Shown here: in pieces, positions 18,237-27,227 of the stretch
How positions within the stretch are numbered: position 1 is the stretch's first letter
Layout of the letters: each line of letters begins with the position of its first letter
Virus record (IMG/VR): IMGVR_UViG_3300043540_000465
DNA: 64,000 nucleotides
Source: an uncultured virus (IMG/VR IMGVR_UViG_3300043540_000465)
Taxonomy: Duplodnaviria > Heunggongvirae > Uroviricota > Caudoviricetes
Direction: 5' to 3' (one strand)
Notes under the pieces: model-generated
What the model saw: the letters and a program-made list of their open reading frames with translations, nothing else
What the model was told of the DNA's origin: nothing
The model's database searches: none
Made by a program: the position numbers and the translations under genes

Positions 18237-18517
18237 TTGTGGCAACGGCCGGATCACGGTGCGGCCGGAGCCTACGCGTCGGAGCGTGGTGGGCCGACGT
18301 TAGCCACAAGGGTGAGCCGGAAGCGCGCGGTCGTTGACTGCGGCGGAGGGCTCGCCTATCCACTGGTGGCATGGTGGTGTTGCTGCAGCGGCTACTGCCT
18401 CGTTGCGCCACCGCAGCACCCACGCCGAGGCGAGAGCGTCTCGCTGGTTGTGGGAAGTGCACGACCCGGCGTGGTTTTAGGGGGCGAACAGGCTTCGACG
18501 GGGAGACAGAAGCTACT
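18237..18517 (+). ncRNA. Candidate structured RNA (several multibranch stems) ending in a tmRNA-5'-like motif
   Basis: Nested inverted repeats across the whole gap; GGGGGCGAACAGGCTTCGACGGGG at 18480-18503. Confidence 0.5.
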
Positions 18518-18868
18518 ATGGCTGATGAACTGACGCCCGAGATGCAGCTGGTCATGCGCACCGCCGCCGGCATGACGTTCACGCTGCGCGAAGCCGAAAT
18601 TCTCGATGCGAACCACACGGGCATCCGTCCGTGGTTGCAACGCAGTGCCTTCCTGCGCGATATGCTGGAGTGTGCGTTCTGCACCTCGTTCTGGACCGGC
18701 ATGCTTGCGTACGTGCTATGGCGTCCGCGTGACTTCCGCTGGCGCCGCGTGCCACTGATCGGCTTTGCCGCAGCCACCTACGGCTACGAATACGACCTAC
18801 ACCTACGACAACTGGAAGAGGCCGTAGAAGGTGCGCCTATCTTGGACCATGCGCGAGAAGCACTTTGA
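18518..18868 (+). CDS. Small membrane protein with CxxCxxxW motif (DUF1360-like)
   Basis: LRDMLECAFCTSFWTGMLAYVLW. Confidence 0.55.
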   Translation: MADELTPEMQLVMRTAAGMTFTLREAEILDANHTGIRPWLQRSAFLRDMLECAFCTSFWTGMLAYVLWRPRDFRWRRVPLIGFAAATYGYEYDLHLRQLEEAVEGAPILDHAREAL

Positions 18869-19112
18869 GTTGCAGCTATCACCCCATGCTGCCTGCGAAG
18901 CAGCGCAAGTAGCCTGCGGCCCGCCTGCGGACAGGGACGCGTGGCTGCAGTCGCTGCAGCAGGTCAAGCAAGCCCAACGCCAACTGCTAAGCGAAGCCCA
19001 AGCTGAGGATGCTACCTTCGACGTGCGTCTGGGCCGGTGGAACTTCGCTCCCAAGATCGAGATCGACGACGCGGGTGTGAAGGTTGGGGTACTAGTGACG
19101 TTGTCGTTCTAG
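18849..19112 (+). CDS. Hypothetical protein
   Basis: ORF overlapping the upstream stop. Confidence 0.55.
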   Translation: MREKHFELQLSPHAACEAAQVACGPPADRDAWLQSLQQVKQAQRQLLSEAQAEDATFDVRLGRWNFAPKIEIDDAGVKVGVLVTLSF

Positions 19113-19125
19113 ATTGGGAGGAGTC

Positions 19126-19317
19126 ATGCCGACCGAAGCAGTGGCGACCACACCACCGCAATCGCTGCGGTGTGAGCGTTGTGATGTGGTGCTGCAGATC
19201 GTGGATGCGGAACACCGTTGTTGCCCGCGCTGCGGGCGCCGCTACGAGTTACGCATGGTTATCGAGGGCCAGACTTACTGGGCGTCTCCTCCCACGCACC
19301 TCCACGGAGGTAAGTAG
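19126..19317 (+). CDS. Small zinc-ribbon protein
   Basis: GGAGGAG RBS; CERC...CPRC. Confidence 0.65.
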   Translation: MPTEAVATTPPQSLRCERCDVVLQIVDAEHRCCPRCGRRYELRMVIEGQTYWASPPTHLHGGK

Positions 19318-19805
19318 TGCCCAAGAAGGCACGCGCCGTCGAGATCCTCCGCTGCTGCGTCTGCCGACACAAGTACCCACGGCCGTTCATGAACCTACAC
19401 CATCGCCAGCCCCGCGAGGCCGGCGGTGTCGACGAGCCTGCCAACCAATCATGGTTGTGCGCGGGATGCCATCAGAATCTGCACCGCCTGGTGGAGATGA
19501 TGCTGCGAGGTGAGGGTGGGGCCGCTGCCGACTGCGCGGCCACCATCTACCCTCACCCCAAGCCACGCATGATGATCATGACGCTGGCGCGCGAAGCTGC
19601 GTACCACCTAATGCACATGCAGGAACTGGGGGTGCGTGTCACCGCCGCGGCTAAAAAGTCGGTGACCTTAGAGCTGTCCGGCATCATCTACCAGCAGCTA
19701 CGCGTGCTATCTCAGCAAACGCGGGGGCGGCGCGGGGAGCCGTTGTCGGTACCGCGCTACATCCTCGCGCTGATCACGCGCCATCTCGCCAATCCGCTGT
19801 TTTAG
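19317..19805 (+). CDS. HNH endonuclease-like protein with possible C-terminal ribbon-helix-helix
   Basis: CCVC...LHHRQPREAGGVDEPANQSWLCAGCHQNLH. Confidence 0.7.
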   Translation: MPKKARAVEILRCCVCRHKYPRPFMNLHHRQPREAGGVDEPANQSWLCAGCHQNLHRLVEMMLRGEGGAAADCAATIYPHPKPRMMIMTLAREAAYHLMHMQELGVRVTAAAKKSVTLELSGIIYQQLRVLSQQTRGRRGEPLSVPRYILALITRHLANPLF

Positions 19806-20015
19806 GCTTCCGTACCAGCATATCAAGGAGTGCAGCACTATCGCGATGTGGGTAAACGGAACGGTAGAGGTGGCCTAGTGGGCAGCAAGCAACGTGGTAT
19901 TCGTAAGCGGATTGCCTGTCGTAGACACAACGTTCTGCTTATAGGCGTCCCCTACTGGAAGCACGACGTAGAAACCCTCGTGCGCACGCAATTGCAGCGT
20001 AGAAGCTGCAATTAG
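19806..20015 (+). pseudogene. C-terminal relic of a PD-(D/E)XK/Vsr-like homing endonuclease
   Basis: AYQGVQHY...KRIACRRHNVLLIGVPYWKHDVE; the N-terminal part is missing. Confidence 0.65.
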
Positions 20016-20123
20016 TAACTACCGGATTAGTACGTATCTGCTTCACGCCGCCGCGGTCCCCTACCGAAAAGCCGAATCATCGTCGACACTTATCCGCTTT
20101 GTCCCCAGGGCCATCCCCACTCC

Positions 20124-20152
20124 TTGACAAGCTGCGACGGCCGTGGTAGGAT
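20124..20152 (+). promoter_or_regulatory. sigma70-type promoter TTGACA-N17-TAGGAT with extended -10 TG
   Basis: TTGACA 20124-20129, TAGGAT 20147-20152, about 40 nt before ORF 20192. Confidence 0.75.
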
Positions 20153-20158
20153 GGGAAT

Positions 20159-20182
20159 TCGTAGCGTAGCCCTACGCTACGA
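20159..20182. repeat. Palindrome with 11-bp arms in the leader (operator or hairpin)
   Basis: tcgtagcgtag-cc-ctacgctacga. Confidence 0.8.
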
Positions 20183-20191
20183 CTACCGGCC

Positions 20192-22072
20192 ATGAACTCG
20201 GCGAAGCTAACAACGCACGCGCAGCTGAATCCTCGCGTGCGCGCGCTATATCCACTGCTGCTGGATACCAGTGCGCTGCGGCGCGTGGCGTTGCAGTACG
20301 CGAGCAAACAGCTCACCCATCTGCTACTCAGCTCCTCGCTGCGGCGACGGTGGGCACTCGGTCCCGACAAGACGATACGCGTGTTGGACTACATCACGCG
20401 TGTAGATTTCACCGACGCTGCGGTCACTGCCGAGGTCAACTTCCTACGGGAGTGCGAAGCGCGCATCGCACCCCAGTTCTTCCTCAACTTCATCGTCGTC
20501 ATTGAGGATCTGTTGGGCGTGCTGCTGCACGAGCGCAACCACTACCTGCTGGTAGGGCTGATCTACCCCATGGTGCTGACCGCCTTCGATCCTCGGCTGC
20601 CCCACAACCTCATCGACGACATCCTGATTAACGCGCTGGTGCGGTCGCTGTGCTTCACCGACGTGTTCGAACGCTTCTACCTGGGTGCTAACGGCGACGT
20701 AAAGCACAAGGTGCCTACCGATGCCTGCGGCAACTGGACTCCACCACCCGATCCTCAGCAGTTCACACCGTGGTCGCTGCCGCTGCTGACCTATCGCAAT
20801 GACTATGCGGTGCAGGGAGTGACGCAGATCATCATTCAAGCTAGCAAGCACAAGGCCCTGACCAATCGGCTGCTCGGGACGCTATACCGCATGCTGGCAG
20901 TGCATTGGTGCAGCTACACCACTTTCCGCCGTCGTCTCGTGGATCTGTGTGGGTCGCTGCATAAGGACGAGCGGCGGCATCCACTGGCGAAGCGTCTGCG
21001 CCGTATGCTCCGCGAAGCTGAGGGCACGACGTGCCCGGCGGGATTGACCGTCAAGCAGTGGGCCGAGATGCGCGTCCAAGCCGAAGAGCGCTACACCCTG
21101 GTAGATTGTCTGAATCATCTGCGGCAAGGGTTTATGGCCGTGCAGGAACTGCAGCGACGCATGCAGCGTACCAGGGGGTCCGACAAGAAGCCGCTGCCGG
21201 TTGAGTCGCCGCTGCCGCTGCTGGGCCAGTCGCAGCCTGAACCGCTGGGAGCGGTTAAGGTAACCATGCGTGGTGATGACGACCAGTGCTTGCCCGAGTG
21301 GACCGACGCCGATACCGAGATGGCCCGCGTAGCACGCGAGGGGTTGGAGGAGTTGCAGATCTGTGCTACGCGCACGGGAGTTACGGCGATCAATGTGGAG
21401 CCGCTGGATCGCTATCAGCGGCTGCTGGTGGATACACTCGCGGGTCACATTGCCATGCAGTACCACGACGGGGAGCAATGGCACGCGCAGCGCCTACCCA
21501 CAGTGCCTGCGCATCTCACCAACGCTGACTTGTGTGCCATCGCTCACGACGTGCCGCTGCTGGATTTCGGCACACGGATCTATGACACGTCGGTGCCTAA
21601 CTACCACCTCATTGTCGACGTCAGTGGCTCGATGAGCAGGTTCCTGCCGTTGCTGCCGCCGTTTCTGCGCGCCATTCGCCCCTACCTGGATGATACCACG
21701 GTCAACTTCAGTGGTGTCTGTCGCGAGCTGGCTACTGATGAAGCCGCCCACCGCGTGCTCACCAACCACAGCACCAAGTTCATTCCGGTGTGGGAGTTGG
21801 TGTTGCAGAACGACTGGCAGAGGATCATCGTGCTGACCGACGACTACAGCAACGAGGGCAAAGACGCGTTAGTCCACGACAGCTTCCTGCAGCTGCAGCA
21901 CCGAATCCGGCAGAATGTAGTAGTGCTATGCTTGATTCGAGTAAGTGACAACGACGGCCCATGGACCGAACTGCTACGCTGGCAGGGTCAGCTGTTAGGG
22001 TCGCCGCACGCATTGGTGATTCTGGACCCCGACGCGGTGCGCGAACGCAAGGTGATGCATGGGATTTCTTGA
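20192..22072 (+). CDS. vWA domain protein (MoxR partner)
   Basis: C-terminal MIDAS motif IVDVSGSM, later IIVLTDD; adjacent to an AAA+ gene. Confidence 0.75.
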   Translation: MNSAKLTTHAQLNPRVRALYPLLLDTSALRRVALQYASKQLTHLLLSSSLRRRWALGPDKTIRVLDYITRVDFTDAAVTAEVNFLRECEARIAPQFFLNFIVVIEDLLGVLLHERNHYLLVGLIYPMVLTAFDPRLPHNLIDDILINALVRSLCFTDVFERFYLGANGDVKHKVPTDACGNWTPPPDPQQFTPWSLPLLTYRNDYAVQGVTQIIIQASKHKALTNRLLGTLYRMLAVHWCSYTTFRRRLVDLCGSLHKDERRHPLAKRLRRMLREAEGTTCPAGLTVKQWAEMRVQAEERYTLVDCLNHLRQGFMAVQELQRRMQRTRGSDKKPLPVESPLPLLGQSQPEPLGAVKVTMRGDDDQCLPEWTDADTEMARVAREGLEELQICATRTGVTAINVEPLDRYQRLLVDTLAGHIAMQYHDGEQWHAQRLPTVPAHLTNADLCAIAHDVPLLDFGTRIYDTSVPNYHLIVDVSGSMSRFLPLLPPFLRAIRPYLDDTTVNFSGVCRELATDEAAHRVLTNHSTKFIPVWELVLQNDWQRIIVLTDDYSNEGKDALVHDSFLQLQHRIRQNVVVLCLIRVSDNDGPWTELLRWQGQLLGSPHALVILDPDAVRERKVMHGIS

Positions 22073-23339
22073 AGAGCAGCTGCATCTCTATGGGCTGCAA
22101 GACCAAGAGCTAGCCATCATCGCCAACATGGTGATCCGCCATCCCGTGCTGCTGGTAGGCTGGCATGGCAGCGCCAAGACCGAACTGTGCTGGCGGCTGG
22201 CGGCGGCGCTGTACGGCGTGGAGCTTACGGCCCGCCGTTTCCGCAAGTACGAAGCTAAGAACCTCGATATGACCGAGATGTTGGGGTATGCGGACGTGTA
22301 CGCCCTGCGACACCATCGCGGACGGCGGGAGGTGGGGTACGTGCCAAGCCCCATCTCCATGGCCACGCGGTGGGTAGTGCTGATCGATGAAATCCTGGTG
22401 GCAAGCGGATTCACCCAGAACAAGCTGCTGGAGCTGGTACGGGAACGTACCATTCAAGGCGTACCCACAGAGGTGCGCTACATCTTCGCCGCGACCAATC
22501 CACCGAGCGCGGGCAACTTCAACCTCTACGATGTGAATCCCGGATCGCTGCCATTGGTGGATCGGTTCTCCGTGGTAACCTTCCCGCGGTTTCTGCTGAA
22601 CTCGACTACCGACCGCGAGTCGCTCAAACGGATCATCCGCCACTCCGATATGCCGCTGCAGCCGGGCGCCCGGCCGCTGCGGGCCATCATCAAGCGGGCG
22701 CGGGCCAAGCTGGCCAGCTTCTCTGCCGACGACATCGAGACGGTAGACAATCTGGCCGTCGAACTATTCGCACGCTTCACCGAGGTTGAGGGCCGCGCGG
22801 CCTCGGCAGTGGGTGAGCCGCTGACCACGTTGTCCCCGCGCAAGACCAAGGTGCTGGCCAACTTCCTGCTGGCGGTCGAGGCATTGCGGCGCACGTCCCC
22901 GCAAGTGCACTACTCACTCAGCTGCGTTACCGAGGGGGTGCTGGGCATGGTGCCCGAAGCTACTGCATTGTGCCGGGCCAAGATAGCGAACCTCGACAAA
23001 CTGCGTGCGGACGTAGCCAGCCTGCTAGGCCACCTGCAACTACGCGATCCCTTGCGCGCACATCGGAGGGATCTGCTGAAACTGGTGTGCGCCAACGTAC
23101 CCGATCAGCTGGCGTGGACTACCGAGGTGCTCAGCACGGCACGCACGATCACCGATCCCGCCATACTCGCACGCGCCATCGTCCTAGTGGAGCGACGTGG
23201 GCTGCCGGGAAAAATGGTAGGCAAGGATCTGCGGCGCATGCTGGCCAGAATCGTGCTGGACCCCAAGCAGTCGTTCACCATCACCCGGGTTATCGATGCA
23301 GTGGAACAGGCGCTAGCGCGTGCTCGGAGGCGTGTATGA
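22059..23339 (+). CDS. MoxR-family AAA+ ATPase
   Basis: VLLVGWHGSAKT, VLIDEI, FAATNP, LVDRF. Confidence 0.85.
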   Translation: MGFLEEQLHLYGLQDQELAIIANMVIRHPVLLVGWHGSAKTELCWRLAAALYGVELTARRFRKYEAKNLDMTEMLGYADVYALRHHRGRREVGYVPSPISMATRWVVLIDEILVASGFTQNKLLELVRERTIQGVPTEVRYIFAATNPPSAGNFNLYDVNPGSLPLVDRFSVVTFPRFLLNSTTDRESLKRIIRHSDMPLQPGARPLRAIIKRARAKLASFSADDIETVDNLAVELFARFTEVEGRAASAVGEPLTTLSPRKTKVLANFLLAVEALRRTSPQVHYSLSCVTEGVLGMVPEATALCRAKIANLDKLRADVASLLGHLQLRDPLRAHRRDLLKLVCANVPDQLAWTTEVLSTARTITDPAILARAIVLVERRGLPGKMVGKDLRRMLARIVLDPKQSFTITRVIDAVEQALARARRRV

Positions 23340-23998
23340 GCATCGAGATTACTTCACGGTTCAGTACCACGATGCGCACGGCCCAGCGCTATCCAGAGCT
23401 GCTGTCGTTGAACACCTTGTTGCGGGATTTGCAGCACCAGCAGCACGGCACCCGCGCGGACGACGTACAGGTGCCGTATTACTTCATCGACGACGAGGTC
23501 GCCTTGCAGTTGCTGTGCGTGGCGTATGGAGAGCGTCGTGGTCAGCCGCGCGGCCAGCCTCAACTTTCCCGTACCGCACTCGACGGGGTAGACCTTACTC
23601 AGCTAGCATGGTGCGCTCTGTATCCTATACCCCGTCCGCAGCTCGCCAAGCTGGCGAAGATCTACAACCCTGGGCTGCGCAACACCATCGTCATCAACAC
23701 CGCGCCGCAGCCGCCCGTTCTCGGCAAAGTCGATGCCCGTGAAGCGTGGCAGCAAGCTGCGATCACCATCTACATCGGGGAACAGGTACTGCTGTTTCCC
23801 GCCACTGATCGTACTGGTACCGATGCGCCCAAGGAGGTCACCGACCTGTATCTCAATGGGGGCATGACTGGACTGCTGGAAGCTGCGGGGCAGCCGCAGG
23901 TGCGCACCATCTTCTTCAATCCACGCCAGCGCGATCTGGATGGTGCCCATGGAGATAACGCACTAGCCAACATACTGACGGGTCTGTTCGTGAAGTAG
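23336..23998 (+). CDS. Hypothetical protein
   Basis: ATGA overlap with the AAA+ stop and a GGAGG RBS. Confidence 0.65.
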   Translation: MSIEITSRFSTTMRTAQRYPELLSLNTLLRDLQHQQHGTRADDVQVPYYFIDDEVALQLLCVAYGERRGQPRGQPQLSRTALDGVDLTQLAWCALYPIPRPQLAKLAKIYNPGLRNTIVINTAPQPPVLGKVDAREAWQQAAITIYIGEQVLLFPATDRTGTDAPKEVTDLYLNGGMTGLLEAAGQPQVRTIFFNPRQRDLDGAHGDNALANILTGLFVK

Positions 23999-24032
23999 AA
24001 CCAAGACCGATCTTCAACCCAGAAGGGACACG

Positions 24033-25175
24033 ATGCTGCAATCAATCCTAGCCGAGTTCGATACCGAGGACCGTCCGGCCATCACCGCCGTAGTCGGGCG
24101 CTACGTCGCGCGGCTAACCCGCTCCCGCGAGTTCAACCATCAGATCAAGGCGTTCGGCAAGCACGTGCCGACGCTGCGAGCCACCAAGCATGATGTGCTG
24201 GACCGGCATGCCTACTTCCTCACCCGGCTGTGGCGTGCGGTGTACGAGCACGTGCGCTACGGCATTCGGGTCGAGCTGCTAGCTACCGAGTTCCGCGTCA
24301 GTCGGCGGGACATATCCACGGTGCTGGGCACCATGACCGAGCGCGATCGACAGCGCATCATCCACTCCCGCGTCGGCGTGGACTACCTAGCTGCCGAGCA
24401 GCGCGAGCACATCGTCGACGAGATCCGCAGGTCGGCCCGGCGGCTGGCGCAGCGCAAGCTACGCTTCATCTCCCGCTACGACTCTGGCATCAGCCTAGAA
24501 GACCTAGAGGCCGATCTGGTCGCCGAGGGCGTGCGCACCTTTATGTACTACGAGCACTTCGGCCCTACCCAGCTATCCAAGATCCTCAACTACGTCCGCA
24601 TCAGCGTACACAACCGCTGCATCAACCTCATCCACCACTACTGCACCATCGGCCGCGCAGCGGTCAAGGCCGAGCAGGGCTACCGCTGCGTAGACTGCAG
24701 CCACACCTTCGACATTCGCGTAGGGCCACCGCCCGCGCAGTGCCCCAAGTGCGCCTCGGACAATCTCATCGACCAGACCAAGGAGCGGGAGTACGTAGTC
24801 ACCAAGATCAGCTTGGATGACTGCCTACGCGACAAGCAGCGCGCGCACGAGATCGAAGCCCAGATCGCACTACCCCAGGAGCGATCGCTCACCACCGACG
24901 AGCTGCTGCACCGTCTGGATGCAGTAGCGGATCCCCGCGTGCGCGAGTTCTTCAACATCATCAATGGACGCGTGTGGCGCTTCGCGCGGTGGCTGTACCG
25001 CATCCACGGCAAACCCAGCGTTACGGCCTTGACCCTGGCCGAGCGGGGCGAGTACGCCCGCGAGTACCTGGGACTGACGGTGTCCGAATTGGTGCAGCAG
25101 CTGCACGGGGTGCTGGATCCAGAGGTGTTGGCCTACTACCTTCAGCGCCATGCGGCCACGACCGACGCCTTGTAA
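24033..25175 (+). CDS. Sigma-factor-like protein with inserted zinc ribbon
   Basis: Region-2-like SLEDLEADLVAEGVRTFMYY...LNYVRISVHNRCINLI, then CVDC...CPKC, then ISLDD. Confidence 0.55.
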   Translation: MLQSILAEFDTEDRPAITAVVGRYVARLTRSREFNHQIKAFGKHVPTLRATKHDVLDRHAYFLTRLWRAVYEHVRYGIRVELLATEFRVSRRDISTVLGTMTERDRQRIIHSRVGVDYLAAEQREHIVDEIRRSARRLAQRKLRFISRYDSGISLEDLEADLVAEGVRTFMYYEHFGPTQLSKILNYVRISVHNRCINLIHHYCTIGRAAVKAEQGYRCVDCSHTFDIRVGPPPAQCPKCASDNLIDQTKEREYVVTKISLDDCLRDKQRAHEIEAQIALPQERSLTTDELLHRLDAVADPRVREFFNIINGRVWRFARWLYRIHGKPSVTALTLAERGEYAREYLGLTVSELVQQLHGVLDPEVLAYYLQRHAATTDAL

Positions 25176-25222
25176 AGACGCCACATGCCCGGCCAGTCAC
25201 CCCTATTCTATGGACCACTACC

Positions 25223-25372
25223 ATGCGTGCCGTGCGGCGTACTTCCGCCAATCAGATCATCGGTCCTGCCCTGGACTATGGGGCTACCAGCCCGCCGCGT
25301 AGACGCGGGCCTACGGTACTAGGAGTGCTGCTACTGGTGCTAGGATTGACAATCTTCATCTGGCGCTGTTAA
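25223..25372 (+). CDS. Small single-pass membrane protein
   Basis: C-terminal VLGVLLLVLGLTIFIW. Confidence 0.45.
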   Translation: MRAVRRTSANQIIGPALDYGATSPPRRRGPTVLGVLLLVLGLTIFIWRC

Positions 25373-25384
25373 CAAGGAGCAACC

Positions 25385-26419
25385 ATGCCGAGACAGTTGA
25401 CCCATTACGTCGTGCAGCTTGGCACCACCGCGGCGGGGACGGTCGAGGATTCACCACCAGGGTACCAGTTTCTAGAGTACCGCGGCCTGCGCTACGGCGT
25501 GCAGCCCAAACGCGGCTGCAGTGACTGTCATGGCAACGGCGTTGTCACGCGCAACAACGAGCAGTCCAAGTGCGACTGTCTGTGGCGACGGCTGTTCGAT
25601 GCGCGGCGTCAAGCGCCGCGTCCTGCCGAGCGGCTGTTCGTGTCGGATGCGCCGGGCATGGTAGAGCAGCTGCGCAAACGTGCCGAGGTGTTGCGCAAGC
25701 AGGTGCTCGAAGCCCGGCAGGCGTACGAAGCCACGCAGTGCAACCGCGACGAGGCGCTGATCAAGCACGACCAGAAGGTCGAGGAGCAGCAGGAGGCGGT
25801 GCGCAAGTGCGAGGAGCAGCACCAGCAGGTGCTGACCGACATCGCGCACCTGGAGAAGAGCATCGACTACAACACCGGGAGGGCCGACGAACTGCGAGCG
25901 CAAGCGCGCGAACTGGAAGTCCAGGTAACCAAGGACAAGGCTACCCTGGTCAATCTGCGCAGCAACCAACTGCACCGAGTCAGCATGGAGCGTGACCGGG
26001 CCGCGAAGAAGGCCCAGACCCTGCAAGAGCAGCGCGAGCGTATCCTGCACGACTGGCAGAAGCATTTGCGCGACCCGCAGAAGGAGCTGCGCCGAGCGGA
26101 GGAGCGGCTCAGCCGAGTGGAACAGCAGCTGCGGCGGCTGAGCATCGAGGACGAACCGGGCGCCGAAGCCGCGGTACCGAAGGAGGCCATGCCACTCACC
26201 ATCGTGACCGCGCCTACGGCCCCGCTGCATGTGCTAGCAGACCCCCTGCAGCTGGTCACGCCGCCGGGGGTGGTGATCACGCACACACCGTCACATGAGG
26301 CCTGCCTAGCCCGCGGCGTGCCCTGCTCTTCCGCGTGTCCGGCAGGCCTGCCCCAACCGGCATCAACCACAGTATCGGAGGCACCGCCGCCACCAACTAC
26401 TACTACGGAAACCGAGTAG
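25385..26419 (+). CDS. Zinc-finger plus long coiled-coil protein
   Basis: AAGGAG RBS; CSDCHG...CDC followed by a heptad-rich region. Confidence 0.75.
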   Translation: MPRQLTHYVVQLGTTAAGTVEDSPPGYQFLEYRGLRYGVQPKRGCSDCHGNGVVTRNNEQSKCDCLWRRLFDARRQAPRPAERLFVSDAPGMVEQLRKRAEVLRKQVLEARQAYEATQCNRDEALIKHDQKVEEQQEAVRKCEEQHQQVLTDIAHLEKSIDYNTGRADELRAQARELEVQVTKDKATLVNLRSNQLHRVSMERDRAAKKAQTLQEQRERILHDWQKHLRDPQKELRRAEERLSRVEQQLRRLSIEDEPGAEAAVPKEAMPLTIVTAPTAPLHVLADPLQLVTPPGVVITHTPSHEACLARGVPCSSACPAGLPQPASTTVSEAPPPPTTTTETE

Positions 26420-26433
26420 AAAGGAGAAGTTCG

Positions 26434-26871
26434 ATGAGCGTGCTCGTATTACCGAACGTCAAGGAAGCCCGTGCGCAGAGCCGCATCCCCGTCGAGACGC
26501 TGGACGGCTACCGCACCATCATCAAGGACGCCGTGACCCGGGCCATTCTGGATCACAAGGCAGCCGTGACGGTGGAGCTGGTCAACGTGGCCGAGGCCCC
26601 GCGGGTGCTGAACCGGCTCATCCGCGAGATCCGCTTCACCGCTGCGAAAGACGACGATGGCAAGGCTAAGTCCAAGACCGGATACCGCGCCTACGTGCCG
26701 TTCGGTGGCGTGGTCGACGGCACCACCGCCGGGACGTCGACGGTCAAGCTCACCATCGAGTGGGGCAAGCTCGATGATATGGTGCTGGAGCTGAGCCCGC
26801 CGCGGCCCGACTTCATGATGCCGGAGGAAGAGGTGGACGAGGCCGACGTGCCGGACGAGGTCGAGGACTAG
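26434..26871 (+). CDS. Hypothetical protein with acidic C-terminus
   Basis: AAGGAG RBS before ATG 26434. Confidence 0.7.
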   Translation: MSVLVLPNVKEARAQSRIPVETLDGYRTIIKDAVTRAILDHKAAVTVELVNVAEAPRVLNRLIREIRFTAAKDDDGKAKSKTGYRAYVPFGGVVDGTTAGTSTVKLTIEWGKLDDMVLELSPPRPDFMMPEEEVDEADVPDEVED

Positions 26872-26880
26872 GTACCACCC

Positions 26881-26944
26881 CCGGACTGCCAGCACGACTG
26901 TCCGTGTGCCTCCACCACCTGCTCCCACCGTGCTGGCAGTCCGG
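26881..26944. repeat. Perfect 16-bp inverted repeat with a 32-nt spacer
   Basis: ccggactgccagcacg (26881-26896) / cgtgctggcagtccgg (26929-26944). Confidence 0.9.
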
Positions 26945-27145
26945 TATCTTGTACTACTCATGGGTCGCTCCGTACCCCCACCCGATGATCTAGCCTATGC
27001 GGTGCTGGCACTGCACCGTCTTACCAAGCCGCACTGCACCTGCTCCCACTGCCGACGCATCTCCACCGTCGTAACGTGGTTGCAATCCTACCTGCAGCGT
27101 CAGACGCGGCAGGCTAGCTGTAAAGACCGTCGCCGCTGAAATTAC

Positions 27146-27227
27146 CGCATTCTTGCAGAGATCTCAAAGGGTCCGTTGTGCCAACTGTCATCGTATTCGG
27201 CACGCTAAGCCGCATGGAGCAGCATGA
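27146..27227 (+). pseudogene. C-terminal relic of an HNH endonuclease
   Basis: RILAEISK / frameshift / VRCANCHRIRHAK; its stop overlaps the helicase ATG. Confidence 0.6.

Noticed and set aside
18480..18860. Complete tmRNA gene
   Set aside because: No T-arm/CCA 3' end found, and the downstream DNA encodes a plausible protein; kept only as a 5'-like fragment
22970..23335. N-terminal extension of listed ORF 22970..23998 (similarly 30743, 26335, 18371)
   Set aside because: These extensions overlap upstream genes or structured DNA; internal ATGs with RBS or stop overlaps are better starts
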